A stretch of DNA of 64,000 nucleotides from Gemmatimonas sp. GTDB lineage: Bacteria > Gemmatimonadota > Gemmatimonadetes > Gemmatimonadales > Gemmatimonadaceae. The stretch's first letter is position 1; each line of letters begins with the position of its first letter. The stretch lies in contig JANNVQ010000007.1 of assembly GCA_031414535.1 (NCBI GenBank), positions 23,317 through 87,316 on the forward strand. The letters are read 5' to 3'. The notes below the pieces were generated by a model. The model was not told the origin of the DNA and did not search any database. It saw nothing but the letters and a program-made list of their open reading frames with translations. Both the position numbers and the translations under genes were made by a program. Below are positions 39,351 to 50,814 of this stretch, piece by piece.

Positions 39351-40655
39351 TCACGCATAGATGCCACGCAAGCGGTGCACGGTCGCCACGCGGCTGATGG
39401 CCACCATGTACGCCGCCGTGCGCATGTTCACCTTGTGCTGTTGCGACAGCTTCAGCACATCGCGGAAGCTGTTGATCATGATCGTCTGGAGACGCTCATT
39501 GACCGTCTTCTCGTCCCAATAGTAGCCGCCGCGGTTTTGCACCCACTCGAAGTAGCTGACGGTCACACCGCCCGCATTGGCGAGGATGTCGGGAATCACG
39601 AAGATGCCCTTCTCATCGAGGATTGTATCGGCGGTCGCCGTCGTTGGACCGTTGGCGCCTTCGCAGATAATCTTGGCCTTGATGTTCTTGGCGTTCTTGG
39701 ATGTGATCACGTTCTCCATGGCCGCCGGAATGAGCACATCAACTTCCAGCTCGAGCAACTGCTCGTTGGTGATGGCTTCGCCCTTTCCGTAGCCGTCGAG
39801 TGTCTTGTGCTTCTTCACGTGGGCAATCGCGTCATCAATATCAATGCCCTTCGGGTTGTGCCATCCACCCGTACGGTCCGAAACTGCCACCACCTTGCAG
39901 CCCACCTGCTGCATGAGCTGAGCGCCAATCGAGCCCACGTTACCGAAGCCCTGCACGGCCACCGTGGCGCCCTTCACGTCCATCTTCAGGTGCTCGAGGG
40001 CCTGCGTCGCCGTGAACATGACGCCGCGGCCCGTGGCCTCGCGTCGGCCCAGCGATCCACCCATCTCCACCGGCTTACCCGTGGTCACGGCGTTCACCGT
40101 GTGGCCCACATGCATCGAGTACGTGTCCATCAACCACGCCATCACGCGCTCGTTGGTGTTCACGTCTGGCGCTGGCACGTCGGAGTCTGGGCCGAGCGTC
40201 GAGATGATGCCCGAGGTGTAGCGACGCGTGACGCGCTCTAGTTCACCCACCGACATCTTGAGCGGATCGCAAATCACGCCGCCCTTCGCACCGCCGAAGG
40301 GAATGTTCACCACAGCGCACTTCCAGGTCATCCACGCTGCAAGTGCCTTCACTTCGTCGAGCGAAACGTTCATGTCGAAGCGGATGCCGCCCTTGGCGGG
40401 ACCGCGAGAGGTGTTGTGCATCACGCGGATGCCCGTGAACACCTCAACCTCTCCGTTGTCCATCAGGACGGGAATGGACACCGTAATTTCTCGCTCGGCG
40501 CTGCGTAGGACTTTGTACAGTCCGGGCTCAAGATCCAACAGCTCGGCCGCGCGATCGAAGCGCGACATCATCGCCTCGAAGGGGTTCTCCTCGTTCAGGA
40601 AACGATCTTTGTCCGGGCGGACAATTGGGGTCGTGGGAAGGCGTAGATCAGCCAT
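39351..40655 (-). CDS. gdhA: Glu/Leu/Phe/Val dehydrogenase (glutamate dehydrogenase)
   Basis: [55 protein letters not shown]. Confidence 0.95.
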   Translation of the reverse strand: MADLRLPTTPIVRPDKDRFLNEENPFEAMMSRFDRAAELLDLEPGLYKVLRSAEREITVSIPVLMDNGEVEVFTGIRVMHNTSRGPAKGGIRFDMNVSLDEVKALAAWMTWKCAVVNIPFGGAKGGVICDPLKMSVGELERVTRRYTSGIISTLGPDSDVPAPDVNTNERVMAWLMDTYSMHVGHTVNAVTTGKPVEMGGSLGRREATGRGVMFTATQALEHLKMDVKGATVAVQGFGNVGSIGAQLMQQVGCKVVAVSDRTGGWHNPKGIDIDDAIAHVKKHKTLDGYGKGEAITNEQLLELEVDVLIPAAMENVITSKNAKNIKAKIICEGANGPTTATADTILDEKGIFVIPDILANAGGVTVSYFEWVQNRGGYYWDEKTVNERLQTIMINSFRDVLKLSQQHKVNMRTAAYMVAISRVATVHRLRGIYA

Positions 40656-40707
40656 AGTAATTTTGGGGGGTGCAACACCGGCGGGGGCCGGCACTAGGGG
40701 TCTAACA

Positions 40708-41721
40708 TCAGGGCTGTGAACCGGGGACCAACCGGCGAAGCGCATCACGAATCAGCGCCCCTCCGCGCTCGACCTCGACAGCCTGGGAAAGATACCACAG
40801 CGGAGCGGCCTCGCGAGGCCACAGCGAGGCCAGCTTCACCGCGTCCTTGAGCGTGCAAACCACGCGGTCAACCGTGGCCGCCCGGGCCGCCAAACGGGCC
40901 CCGTCCTCAGCCGAAAAAGGGTAATGGTCCGCAAAGGCTGCCGAGCTCACCTCCGCACCCAGGGCCGCAAGCTGGCGTTCAAATGCCGTCGCATTCCCAA
41001 TCGCCGAGATGGCCAGCACGCGACGGCCCGTGAGCTCGGAGAGCCCCTGGGCCGGCCCAGCGGACGAGTGCACCGGCACAAGCTCGGCCGGCTGCAAGGC
41101 GGCAATCGCCACCGGGGGCGCCCCGGCAAATCCCGTCCAGGAGGCCGCCACAGCCTCAGCCTCGGCCGCCGTGGCGGACTTCCGGGTCACGATGACGGCC
41201 GTCGCGCGGCGCAATGCGCCAGGCCCTTCGCGCAGCGGTCCGGCCGGCAACACGCGCAGTGAAGTGCCCTGCTCCGCTGCAATCAACACGAAATCCACAT
41301 CGCGCCGTGCACGACGGTGCTGAAATGCGTCGTCGAGCACCACGACGGTCGCGCCGCGCGCCTTGGCCTCCAGAGTGCCGGCAACGCGGTTGGCATTGCT
41401 GATAACGGGCACGGTGGGATTAAGTCGCGCGTGCACCAGCGGCTCATCGGCGCCGTAGCCGCGCATCACGATCGCCGGCTTTGCACCGAGGGCAAGGAGT
41501 TCCCTCGCCACCCACGCGGAGATCGGCGTCTTGCCCGTTCCACCAACGCTCAGATTTCCCACGCTCACCGACGGCAGGGCCAGCGGGTACGAGCGGAGAA
41601 TACCGAATTCAAACATCGCATTGCGCACCGCGACACCAGCGCCAAACATCCACGACAGCGGAGCGAGCGCCCACGCCGCTACGCCATTGCGCGCCCAGAT
41701 GCGCTCCACCACCCTGCTCAC
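40708..41721 (-). CDS. lpxK: Tetraacyldisaccharide 4'-kinase
   Basis: [39 protein letters not shown]. Confidence 0.96.
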   Translation of the reverse strand: MSRVVERIWARNGVAAWALAPLSWMFGAGVAVRNAMFEFGILRSYPLALPSVSVGNLSVGGTGKTPISAWVARELLALGAKPAIVMRGYGADEPLVHARLNPTVPVISNANRVAGTLEAKARGATVVVLDDAFQHRRARRDVDFVLIAAEQGTSLRVLPAGPLREGPGALRRATAVIVTRKSATAAEAEAVAASWTGFAGAPPVAIAALQPAELVPVHSSAGPAQGLSELTGRRVLAISAIGNATAFERQLAALGAEVSSAAFADHYPFSAEDGARLAARAATVDRVVCTLKDAVKLASLWPREAAPLWYLSQAVEVERGGALIRDALRRLVPGSQP

Positions 41722-42440
41722 GTGCTGGACTCAGCCGGAATGTCCTTTGCGGCGTCGCGGCCCATGTCCACTGCTTCGACCGGACCCAAGCGGCGCGTCA
41801 GTTCGGCCAGCGATTCCTCGGAGGTGTCCGGCGGCACCCACGCGTCGCTGTAGACGGCGCGCACGCGGGCGAATGGCTTGGGCAAGCAAAACCGATCCCA
41901 GCTTTTGAAGCGCCATGCATTCGAGACTTCAAAGTGCATCGTCACAATGGCGACGCCGCTGCGCACCGCCGCCACCAAGGTGCCGGGCTTGGGGACGCCG
42001 CGCGGTCCGCGTGGGCCATCCGGCGTGATGGCAAAGTGCCGTCCATCCCTCAGATGCTCCACCATTTGCACGAGCGCCGCACGCCCGCCCTTTGAGCTGG
42101 AGCCACGCACGAAGTTGTATCCCCAGCCCATCATCATCCGCGCAATCAGGTCCGCATCGCCGTGCGTACTCGCCATTGCCGAGAAATCGCGGTAACGGTT
42201 GGCCATCACCGCCACGAAGAGCTGTCCGTGCCACACCGCCAGCAGGAAGGGTTTGTTCTCGGCGCGAAGGCGATTGAAATCCCCGGTGTTGTGTTCGCTA
42301 AAACGCCATGACACCGCCAGCGTTTGCGCAAAGATTCGCCCTACCGGCACGGCGAGATGCCGCTTCCACCATGCCTGTGGGCGCTTCTTCTCCGCTTTTT
42401 CCGGCGCCGGCAGCGGACTAGCGATCTGCGGCTCAATCAT
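41718..42440 (-). CDS. DUF374 / LpxJ-like acyltransferase
   Basis: WHGQL, STHGDA, VRGSSSKGG, ITPDGPRGP, SWDRF.LPKPF; lies between lpxB and lpxK. Confidence 0.85.
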   Translation of the reverse strand: MIEPQIASPLPAPEKAEKKRPQAWWKRHLAVPVGRIFAQTLAVSWRFSEHNTGDFNRLRAENKPFLLAVWHGQLFVAVMANRYRDFSAMASTHGDADLIARMMMGWGYNFVRGSSSKGGRAALVQMVEHLRDGRHFAITPDGPRGPRGVPKPGTLVAAVRSGVAIVTMHFEVSNAWRFKSWDRFCLPKPFARVRAVYSDAWVPPDTSEESLAELTRRLGPVEAVDMGRDAAKDIPAESST

Positions 42441-43543
42441 TTCAGCATCTCCGCGGCCATCTCGGCCACCCGTAACGATGCGCCCGGCTCACCGAGGCGG
42501 GCGCGCACGTCCGCGAGCCCCGCCAGCATACGTGCACGAGCAGCGCCAGTGCGATCGAACAAGGGCTCCAGCGCATTCGCCACCGGCACGGGCTGAAACG
42601 CGTCCTGCACGAACTCCGGAGCCACGCTACGGCCCGCCACGATGTTGAGCAGGCCGATGTGGTCAATCTTCACCAAGCGTCGTGCGATGGCATACGAGAT
42701 GGGGCTCGTGCGGTAGACAATGGCGCAGGGCGTGCCCGCCACCGCCGCCTCGAGCGTCGTTGTGCCACTTTTGCACAGCGCCACGTCTGCCGCACGCAAA
42801 ACGTCGAAACTCGCCGAGCGCACGAGTGGCACCGGCACTTCATCGTCTCGTAGCGCGATGGTCGGCGCTACGCTCAACACCACTTGCAGTCCCGGACGCC
42901 GACGCTTGAGTTCGTCCGCGACCGCCAAGAAGTCGGCCATGTGCCGCCGAATCTCCTCAGCACGGCTGCCGGGAAACAGCGCGAGCATCTCTCCGTCAAC
43001 GGGCAAACCAAGACGGACCCGCGCTTCGGCCTTGGTCGGCAGCGACTGCGCACGATCCAACAGGGGATGTCCCACAAACGTCGCATCGACGCCGGCTCCG
43101 CGCAGTAACTGTTCCTCGAACGGCAAGATTACCGCAGCCTTGGTGATAATCTTTGCCATGGTCTTCAGTCGCCCCGCGCGCCAGGCCCACACCTGCGGCG
43201 TGATGTAATAAAGCACGGGAATGCGGCGCGCCGCCGCCGCCGCCGCGACCCGCATATTGAAGCCCGGATAATCAATGCACACGAGCAGTCCCACGCGCCC
43301 TGAATCGAAGCGAGCCGTCAGGCGCTTCAGCAAGCGGTAGTGCGAAGGAATGTGCTTGAGCACCTCGACGAAGCCGACCACGCCCTCGTGCTCCTCAAGC
43401 ATCTCCACGCCAGCGTTGCGCATGCGCACGCCACCGGTGCCCGTGAGGGGCACGCCGGGACGCAGAGCCGTCAACCGTTCCGCGAGAATGGCCCCGTGCA
43501 AATCGCCCGAGGCCTCCCCCGCGAGAATCAGGATCTCACGCAC
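42437..43543 (-). CDS. lpxB: Lipid A disaccharide synthase
   Basis: AGEASGDLHG, IDYPGFN, PQVWAWR, FVGHPL, PGSRAEE, SGTTTLE. Confidence 0.97.
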   Translation of the reverse strand: MREILILAGEASGDLHGAILAERLTALRPGVPLTGTGGVRMRNAGVEMLEEHEGVVGFVEVLKHIPSHYRLLKRLTARFDSGRVGLLVCIDYPGFNMRVAAAAAARRIPVLYYITPQVWAWRAGRLKTMAKIITKAAVILPFEEQLLRGAGVDATFVGHPLLDRAQSLPTKAEARVRLGLPVDGEMLALFPGSRAEEIRRHMADFLAVADELKRRRPGLQVVLSVAPTIALRDDEVPVPLVRSASFDVLRAADVALCKSGTTTLEAAVAGTPCAIVYRTSPISYAIARRLVKIDHIGLLNIVAGRSVAPEFVQDAFQPVPVANALEPLFDRTGAARARMLAGLADVRARLGEPGASLRVAEMAAEMLK

Positions 43544-44540
43544 CGCGCCCCGGCAGGTAGCCGCGTAGCGCGGGCAAGGCCCGCTCAATGTCGCCGATGA
43601 TGCGCAAGGCCACGGCTAATGCATCGCGACCCGCACGCCCTGTAACCGCCACCGGTGCTTCGCCCTTTAGCGCGGCAATGAAGCTCTCAAGCTCCAGACG
43701 CAACGGCTCGCCTTCTGGCGCGTCAATCGGGACGCGCTCCACGAATGCTTCCATCGGCTGCGCCTGCTTCGCCAAAGCCACGAGATCGACGTCTCGACGC
43801 ATCCGGTACATCTCACCCGTGCCTGAGGCAAGGTCGAGCGAGAGATAACCGTTCTTCTGGAAGATGCGCAGCTTGCGCATGCGTTCCTTAGACACACGGC
43901 TCGCCGTAATCGTCGCGACGGCACCGGTCTCGAAGGTGATGCGCGCATTCGCAATATCAATGCTCGGCGTCAGCACGGGCAGGCCCGCTGCCGACACGTC
44001 GCGCACCGCGGCCCCAGTGAGCGTCAACACGAGGTCGATGTCGTGAATCATCAAGTCCAACACCACGGCCACGTCAGACCCGCGCGGATTAAACGGAGCC
44101 AGTCGGTCGCTGTCAATGAACAATGGCGTGTCCACGTGCGGCAGCGCCGCCCGAATTGCCCGATTGAATCGCTCGATGTGCCCAATCTGAATGAAGCGGC
44201 CATTCTTCTCCGCAATCGCGAGCAGCTCGTCGGCTTCGTCCAGCGTCACCGTGATTGGCTTCTCGATCAGGATGTGCTTGCCCGCCTCAAGCGCCTGCTT
44301 GGCCACCGCATGGTGAAATGACGTAGGCACCACGATGCTCACCGCGTCAACATCCGCCAACAAAGCTTCGACGCTCGGATACGCCTGAATGCTCAGCTCG
44401 CGCGAAACGACGGCCGCACGGTCCGCACTGGACTCGAAGAATCCCTTGAAGGCAATGCCAGGCAGATCGCGCAGAATTCGCGCGTGGTGATAGCCAAGAC
44501 TTCCCGTCCCGATGACGCCAAGGCGCAAGGGCTGGCTCAC
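43536..44540 (-). CDS. Gfo/Idh/MocA oxidoreductase, GnnA-like
   Basis: GTGSLGYHHAR, IEKP, GHIERFN, VVLDLMIHDID, TASRVS; positioned between lpxA and lpxB. Confidence 0.85.
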   Translation of the reverse strand: MSQPLRLGVIGTGSLGYHHARILRDLPGIAFKGFFESSADRAAVVSRELSIQAYPSVEALLADVDAVSIVVPTSFHHAVAKQALEAGKHILIEKPITVTLDEADELLAIAEKNGRFIQIGHIERFNRAIRAALPHVDTPLFIDSDRLAPFNPRGSDVAVVLDLMIHDIDLVLTLTGAAVRDVSAAGLPVLTPSIDIANARITFETGAVATITASRVSKERMRKLRIFQKNGYLSLDLASGTGEMYRMRRDVDLVALAKQAQPMEAFVERVPIDAPEGEPLRLELESFIAALKGEAPVAVTGRAGRDALAVALRIIGDIERALPALRGYLPGRGA

Positions 44541-45310
44541 GTCACGACTCCGCGCCCGCTGGCTTCCACGAACGCCACAAAAGCCTTCACTTCGTCATAC
44601 TGCGTGAGCTCAACGGCCTTCTCAAGCGCCTGCGTGATGTTCATGTCCGAGCGGAAAAATAGGCGATACGCCTTCTTGAGCTCGCTCACGACTTCATCCT
44701 TGAAGCCGCTGCGCTGCAGACCGACGGAGTTGAGGCCGTAGAGCTGCACCGGATTGCCCACGGCCTTCACAAACGGCGGGATATCCTTCGAGATACGCGA
44801 GGCGCCGCCGATGAAGGCGTAGCGCCCAATCTTCGCGAACTGATGCACGGCGCAGAGCCCCGAGATGATGGCCCGCTCGTCCACCTTCACGTGACCCGCG
44901 AGCTGCGTGCCGTTGGAAATAATCACGCCGTCGCCTACGTGGCAGTCGTGCGCCAGATGCACGTACGACATGAGGAAGCAGTTCTTCCCGACCGTGGTCT
45001 TGAACGACTCGCTGGTGCCCCGGTTGATGGTGAGATACTCACGCAGCGTGGTACCCTCACCAATCTCCACCGTCGTGACCTCGCCCTTGAACTTGAGATC
45101 CTGCGGCCGGCCGCCGAGTACCGTACCAATGCCGACGGTCACCTTGGGACCGAGGATCACGTGCTCCTCGAGCGTGGCGCGCATCTGAACCACGCTGCCG
45201 TCGCCAACGACGCAGTGCGGGCCGACATACGCCCAGGGGCCAATCTCGACATCGTTGCCAATCTGGGCCTTCGCGTCGACGATGGCCGTGGGATGAATCT
45301 TCGCGCTCAT
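44537..45310 (-). CDS. lpxA: Acyl-ACP:UDP-GlcNAc acyltransferase
   Basis: [42 protein letters not shown]. Confidence 0.97.
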   Translation of the reverse strand: MSAKIHPTAIVDAKAQIGNDVEIGPWAYVGPHCVVGDGSVVQMRATLEEHVILGPKVTVGIGTVLGGRPQDLKFKGEVTTVEIGEGTTLREYLTINRGTSESFKTTVGKNCFLMSYVHLAHDCHVGDGVIISNGTQLAGHVKVDERAIISGLCAVHQFAKIGRYAFIGGASRISKDIPPFVKAVGNPVQLYGLNSVGLQRSGFKDEVVSELKKAYRLFFRSDMNITQALEKAVELTQYDEVKAFVAFVEASGRGVVT

Positions 45311-46596
45311 CGGTCGCGCACCATCGCGGCCATCTCCGCCTCGCACACCACCTGGCCGTCCACCTTGGCCACGCCGGCGATGCGACAGACCTTGCCGCGC
45401 AGTTGAATGATGTCCACTTCGAATCGGAGTTGGTCACCGGGCTTCACCGGCTTCCGGAACTTGATGTTATCGATGCTCATAAAGTAGACGACCTTGCTCT
45501 CCGGATCGTCCACCGTTCCCATGAGCAGCACGCCACCGGCTTGCGCCATGGCCTCAACGATCAGTACGCCGGGCATAATCGGATGCCCGGGGAAATGTCC
45601 CTGGAAAAACGGCTCGTTGATCGTGACGTTCTTGATCGCCACGACACGCTTCATCGCCTCCATCTCCACAATCCGGTCCACCAAAAGGAACGGATACCGA
45701 TGGGGGAGGATTTTCATGATCTCTTCGATGCCCAGCACGCCTGTCTCCGATTGAGCGGGCTGTGACGGCTTCACCGCATGCGCAAGCATTTCGCGCAGCA
45801 ACGTCACGGTCCCGCGGTGACTCGGCTTCGTCGCCGAGATCCTGGCCTGCACCCGCTGCCCCGCCAAGGCGAGGTCACCCACGACATCCATCGCCTTGTG
45901 GCGCACGAACTCGTCGGGCCAGCGCAAGGTCGTCCCCACCACACCGTGGTCATCCAGCACGATTGTGTTCTCGGTGGACGCGCCCTGAATCAAGCCCTTT
46001 GCCCTGAGCCCTTCCACCCACGACAGCATCCCGAAAGTACGCGCCGGCGCCAGCTCCTGCGCGAATGATGTCACGCTCACCCGCCACTTGCCCTGCTGCG
46101 TCCCAATCATAGGATGCGGGAAGTCAATCTTCACTTCAATCTCGAGCCCATCGCAGGGATGCGCCACGTACACGGACTCCCCATCCACGACCCGCACGGG
46201 CTCGGCTAGGCACAGAACGGCCGGCACGCCTTCCTGCTCGCGAATGCCAGCGTCCGCAAGCGCCGCACGGAAGGGCTCGGCCGAGCCGTCCATAATGGGC
46301 GGTTCCGCACTGTCCATCTCGATAATGAGATCATCGATGAGCATGCCGGCCACCGCCGCGAGCACGTGCTCCACGGTGTGGAGCGCCGCCTCACCCTCGC
46401 CGAGCTGCGTGCGTCGCTCAGCGGCGACTGCCACGGACACGTGCGCCGGGGTCTCCGGCAGTCCCGCAAGATCAATGCGGCGGAAGCGAATGCCTGTGTT
46501 GGGCGCCGCGGGTCGGAATCGAAGAGTGCAGGTGCGACCCAAGTGCAGGCCGATGCCGCTCAACTCCACATCGCGAGCGATACTCCGGCGGCTCAC
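45307..46596 (-). CDS. lpxC: Bifunctional LpxC/FabZ fusion
   Basis: [28 protein letters not shown]; then [32 protein letters not shown] (FabZ). Confidence 0.96.
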   Translation of the reverse strand: MSRRSIARDVELSGIGLHLGRTCTLRFRPAAPNTGIRFRRIDLAGLPETPAHVSVAVAAERRTQLGEGEAALHTVEHVLAAVAGMLIDDLIIEMDSAEPPIMDGSAEPFRAALADAGIREQEGVPAVLCLAEPVRVVDGESVYVAHPCDGLEIEVKIDFPHPMIGTQQGKWRVSVTSFAQELAPARTFGMLSWVEGLRAKGLIQGASTENTIVLDDHGVVGTTLRWPDEFVRHKAMDVVGDLALAGQRVQARISATKPSHRGTVTLLREMLAHAVKPSQPAQSETGVLGIEEIMKILPHRYPFLLVDRIVEMEAMKRVVAIKNVTINEPFFQGHFPGHPIMPGVLIVEAMAQAGGVLLMGTVDDPESKVVYFMSIDNIKFRKPVKPGDQLRFEVDIIQLRGKVCRIAGVAKVDGQVVCEAEMAAMVRDR

Positions 46597-47639
46597 TTCG
46601 ACTCCTCGTCCTTCTTCAGCAGTCGTTCAACGCGTTTCATGAACTCCGGCAGCTTCGCGATGGCCGCGTAGCCCTTCAACGTTTCCCGGTGCGACCGCGC
46701 GGGGAATCCGCCCCAGACCTCGCCGCTCGGCACGTCCGTCAGCGCACCTGTTCTCGCGGTCAGTGTGACGCGATCACCGATAGTCACGTGGCCTGACACA
46801 CCCGTTTGCCCGGCCATCACCACGCCGTCCCCGATATGCGCGCTTCCCGCAATCCCAACCTGCGCCGTGATCAGGCACAGGCGCCCAATCCGCACGTTGT
46901 GCGCGATGTGCACGAGATTATCGAGCTTGGTACCGGCTCCAATGATGGTCTCATCGATGCTGCCGCGATCAATTCCGCAGTTCGCGCCAATCTCCACATC
47001 GTCACCGATGATGCAGGCACCCACGTGCTGCAACTTGTGGTGAGCGCCGTTTTGAAACACGTACCCGAATCCGTCGCTACCAACCCGCGTGCCGCTGTGG
47101 ATGGAGACGCGGTTCCCGAGCCTCACGCCCGAGTAGAGGGTGACGTGCGGGAACAGACGCACATCCGTCCCCATCTCCACTCCATCGCCGATTACGCAGT
47201 GCGAGCCAATCCAAGCGCCGCGACCAATGCGCACATTGGCGCCCACGACGACGAACGGCTCAAGGCACACGTCCGCGTCCACCCGCGCCGTAGGGTCCAC
47301 GACCGCCGTCGGGTGTACACCAACGAAGGGACGTACCGGTTGGCGATAGAGGTGAGGCAACAGCGCGAGGATGGCCTCGTGCGGCTTGGCCACCACCACA
47401 CGATTCGCGCAGAGGCCCGGCGAGTCCTGAAGCTCGGGCGATATCAGAATGGCCCCGGCCTTCGACTCCACGAGCGACGTGGCGTATTTAGCCGACGCGA
47501 GGAACGAAATGTCGCCGCTTCCCGCGCGGTCGAGGGGGGCGATGCGCGAGACACGGACCTCTGCGTCTCCCCGCACCGTCCCCCCCACTGTGCTCGCGAT
47601 ATCCGCGAGCCGCAGGCTGGTTCCGGACGATTCGCTCAT
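46593..47639 (-). CDS. lpxD: UDP-3-O-acylglucosamine N-acyltransferase
   Basis: Hexapeptide repeats, [30 protein letters not shown]. Confidence 0.97.
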   Translation of the reverse strand: MSESSGTSLRLADIASTVGGTVRGDAEVRVSRIAPLDRAGSGDISFLASAKYATSLVESKAGAILISPELQDSPGLCANRVVVAKPHEAILALLPHLYRQPVRPFVGVHPTAVVDPTARVDADVCLEPFVVVGANVRIGRGAWIGSHCVIGDGVEMGTDVRLFPHVTLYSGVRLGNRVSIHSGTRVGSDGFGYVFQNGAHHKLQHVGACIIGDDVEIGANCGIDRGSIDETIIGAGTKLDNLVHIAHNVRIGRLCLITAQVGIAGSAHIGDGVVMAGQTGVSGHVTIGDRVTLTARTGALTDVPSGEVWGGFPARSHRETLKGYAAIAKLPEFMKRVERLLKKDEESK

Positions 47640-47669
47640 CGCCTGGTGGGAAGGCGACTCGCCGCGCTG

Positions 47670-48320
47670 TTACGGGCGCCGAACGCCGGACGGCTGGGCC
47701 ACGGGGCCCTGCTGTGCCGGTCGTTGCGCTGCCGGTGCCGCTGCTCCCGGCGTCTGTGCTGGCGGACGTGGCGTGGCCGGTGCCGTGCCCGGACGAGCGC
47801 CCGCCGTTGCCCGAATGCGCGTCAGGACCCGATCCGAGATGTCGAGATTGCGATCGAACGACACGACCTGGCTGCCTTCGCGCGAGAGGTCAAGGATCAT
47901 CGTAAAATTCTCCGCTGCGCGGATGTCGTCGAGTGCGGTGCGAATCAAATCGAACATCGGCTGCATCGCAGCGGCCTGTGCTTCCTGGCTCTCCTGCTCC
48001 AGAACCTGAAGCGTGTCGCGGTACCGGGCATCGTAGGCCTGCATCTGCTGGAAGCGCGTGAGCTTATCGGCCTGCGCCAACGAGGCGGAGTCGCGCTCGA
48101 AGGAGGCCAGCATACCGTTCAGCGAGTCTACCATCACCTGCTGACGCGCCGCGAGCACCTCGAGCGCCGCGCGGATCTGCGCTTCAGCGGCGGGGCGCTG
48201 CGGCATCTCCTGAAGGACGCGCGCGGAATTGACGAAGGCCACCTTCTGGGCAGCCAGCGGCGAGGCGACGCCAAGCGTGAGGATTGCGGCAAAAAGGACA
48301 CCGCGAGTACGAGCGAACAT
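47670..48320 (-). CDS. skp: Skp/OmpH periplasmic chaperone with Pro/Ala-rich tail
   Basis: Signal peptide, QKVAFVNSARVL, coiled coil, MILD...DISDRVL; between bamA and lpxD. Confidence 0.88.
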   Translation of the reverse strand: MFARTRGVLFAAILTLGVASPLAAQKVAFVNSARVLQEMPQRPAAEAQIRAALEVLAARQQVMVDSLNGMLASFERDSASLAQADKLTRFQQMQAYDARYRDTLQVLEQESQEAQAAAMQPMFDLIRTALDDIRAAENFTMILDLSREGSQVVSFDRNLDISDRVLTRIRATAGARPGTAPATPRPPAQTPGAAAPAAQRPAQQGPVAQPSGVRRP

Positions 48321-48334
48321 GCGTAACTCCAAAG

Positions 48335-50740
48335 TTAGAAGAACTGACCGAGGCGGAAGTGCAGCTGCCACTGCGGATCGGGATTACCTAGGGCGTCGAG
48401 TCGGTCGAAGCCATAGGCGAGGTCAAGGCCCAGCGGACCAAGCGGACTCACCGTGGACGCGCTGAAGCCGGCGCCACGGAAAAGTCGCGTGGGGTCAAAA
48501 TCGCGCGGGCGATCCCAGATATTACCCGCGTCGTAGAACATTGCCAGATACAGCGAAGAATTAAACCGGAGACCGATCTCTGCCGTGGACGTGAAGAAGG
48601 CGCTACCGAACGACTCGCGTTGCGCGTTGAAGGTGCCCGCCGCAGTCGTGAATCCATTTGGCGTGATGGAGAATTCAGGGTAGCCGCGCAGGGGCTCACC
48701 GAACTGCACACCGCCCAGCGAGAACTGCTGAGACCAGAAGAAGTCACGCGTGTTGCCGAAGGTGGCGCCGGCACGGGCCGAGAGACCCATCGTCAGACGC
48801 AGCGGATTCGACCCCGGGGCCTTGCCGCCAATCCGGGCCAGCAACGTGTAGTTCTTGAGTTCCGTCGTGTAGCGCTGGAAGTCGGCCTGACCGCCCAGAG
48901 GGCCACCGTTGAACTGCGCGCTGAACGTCTGCAGGCGACCGTCGGTCGCGAAGGGCATATCCACGCGAGTGTCGCGCGTGACGTCGAAGCCCAAGGTGCT
49001 ACGGACGCAGCCCTGACAGCCGTCGGACGCCTGCTGCCCGAGCAGACCGCCCGACCCAAAGCGCACCGACTCCAAACCATACGACGTGAATACCCGCGTG
49101 AAGCGCGAACGCGGGAAGGGGAAGCCCACGCGCACGTTGGCACCGATGCGCGTCGTCTGGCCAAAGTCCGCAATGCGATACCGCGCCTGCGAGTGATACG
49201 CCGACAGTTGCCCGGACACCTGCGTGCCCTTGATGCCAGGATCCGTGTACGAGGCGTTGAAGTCATTGATAAAGCGCCCGTACTGCCACTGAATCGAGCC
49301 GCGCTTACAACGCCCAAACAAGTTGGGCTGGTCAAGGCCGATAAAACCGCCGATGCCCGTGCCCTGCCCTGCCGACGCGCCGAAGTTCACGTTGCCCGTG
49401 CGCTTCTCCTTCACCGTGAAAATGATGTCGATGTCGCCTTGGTCATTGGCTGGCCGCGTGTCCGGGAACGCCAGCGGCGTCTCGAAGAACCCAAGGTTGC
49501 TGATGCCCTGCCAGCTGCGAATCAAGCGATCCTGATTGAAGACGTCACCGGGAATGATGAAGAGCTGGTCCCGGATGCAGTTCTCGATCGTGAAATCGTT
49601 GCCGATGATATCCACACGATTGATGATCGCCGGCGAACCTTCGCGAATGTCCCAACGCACGCGCACGAGCGCCGAGTCGCCGGGCTCACGCTCCACGACA
49701 GGATTGATCTGCGCGTAGATGTAACCGTCGTTGTTATAAAGGGTGCGCACCTGTTGCGTCGCCTCTTCCCAACGCGTGCGGTCAAACACGTCCGTCGCTG
49801 GCGGGCGCCGCTTAATGAGCGCCCGCGCCCGCTCGGCCAAGGTGGGCGCCCGATCAATGAACGGGTAGTACGACGAGAGCTGCTCCGCCGTAAAATGCCG
49901 ATTGCCCACCACCTCGAGGCCCGTCACGTGATACTGCGGCCCCTCGCGGATGGTCAGTTCTACCAGCGCCTTGCCACGCGACGGATCAATGATGAGCGTG
50001 TCGCGCTCAAGTTGAAAATCCACAAAGCCACGTTGCGCGAAGTAGGTCGGAATCTTCTCGCCGAGGTCGGCGGAATAGAGGTCCTCGTCGAACTCTCCGC
50101 GCTGGAACCACCAGAAGCCCTCAGGCCTGGTTTCCATCGCGCTCACGACTTCGCCTGCCGGTAGCTGCTGGCTCCCCAAGACGCGAAGGCCCGACACCGC
50201 CAAGCGACGCCCTTCGTTCACACGGAAGGTGATGCCTACGCGATCCCCCAACGACGTCGTCTCGGGGCGGATGCGCGCCAAGTAGTAACCGCGAGCCTTG
50301 TAGAGGGAGTCGATGCGCCTCATGGAGACCGCAATCTGCGCCGGGTCAACCGGGCGCCCAATCAACAGGGTCACGCGATCTTCAACACTGCGAGCCGGAA
50401 TCGCTGACGGGCCAAGCACGGACACCTGCCCCACGATGGGCCGCTCCGTCACCGAGATGACAATCACCGAACCGGTGGCGCCGGCGGGCAGGCCACACTC
50501 GACGTTGACCGACTCGAAGTCACCCGTGGCGTACAGATCGCGCAACGCACGTTGAATGGCGACAAAGTTCAGCGAGTCGCCGGCCACGATGCCGCTGCCC
50601 GCGATAATGGTCGCCCGACCGACACGCTCGTTGCCTCGGACCACGACGGAATCGGGTCTGAGACAGCGGCCAGCCTGGTCCTGTGCAAGCACTGGCGTTG
50701 CTGCCGTCAAGGCAAGCAATGCCAAGAAGATACGATACAT
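48335..50740 (-). CDS. bamA: Outer-membrane protein assembly factor BamA
   Basis: POTRA repeats (VRGNERV, LYATGDF, GYIYA), NLFG, LRGY, SPLGPLGLDLAYG, C-terminal F. Confidence 0.96.
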   Translation of the reverse strand: MYRIFLALLALTAATPVLAQDQAGRCLRPDSVVVRGNERVGRATIIAGSGIVAGDSLNFVAIQRALRDLYATGDFESVNVECGLPAGATGSVIVISVTERPIVGQVSVLGPSAIPARSVEDRVTLLIGRPVDPAQIAVSMRRIDSLYKARGYYLARIRPETTSLGDRVGITFRVNEGRRLAVSGLRVLGSQQLPAGEVVSAMETRPEGFWWFQRGEFDEDLYSADLGEKIPTYFAQRGFVDFQLERDTLIIDPSRGKALVELTIREGPQYHVTGLEVVGNRHFTAEQLSSYYPFIDRAPTLAERARALIKRRPPATDVFDRTRWEEATQQVRTLYNNDGYIYAQINPVVEREPGDSALVRVRWDIREGSPAIINRVDIIGNDFTIENCIRDQLFIIPGDVFNQDRLIRSWQGISNLGFFETPLAFPDTRPANDQGDIDIIFTVKEKRTGNVNFGASAGQGTGIGGFIGLDQPNLFGRCKRGSIQWQYGRFINDFNASYTDPGIKGTQVSGQLSAYHSQARYRIADFGQTTRIGANVRVGFPFPRSRFTRVFTSYGLESVRFGSGGLLGQQASDGCQGCVRSTLGFDVTRDTRVDMPFATDGRLQTFSAQFNGGPLGGQADFQRYTTELKNYTLLARIGGKAPGSNPLRLTMGLSARAGATFGNTRDFFWSQQFSLGGVQFGEPLRGYPEFSITPNGFTTAAGTFNAQRESFGSAFFTSTAEIGLRFNSSLYLAMFYDAGNIWDRPRDFDPTRLFRGAGFSASTVSPLGPLGLDLAYGFDRLDALGNPDPQWQLHFRLGQFF

Positions 50741-50759
50741 AAGGGGAATATACACGGGA

Positions 50760-50792
50760 CGGGACCGGACATGTTCCAAGGGTCCGGTCCCG
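50760..50792. other. 11-bp inverted repeat (hairpin) between clpC and bamA
   Basis: CGGGACCGGAC-N11-GTCCGGTCCCG; no clear U-tract. Confidence 0.6.
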
Positions 50793-50814
50793 CGGGTGGT
50801 CCTGCTGGAATCCT

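Noticed and set aside
38847..40241. 464-aa + strand ORF antisense to gdhA/rlmH
   Set aside because: Shadow ORF typical of high-GC codon usage; no recognisable motifs; fully overlaps conserved genes.
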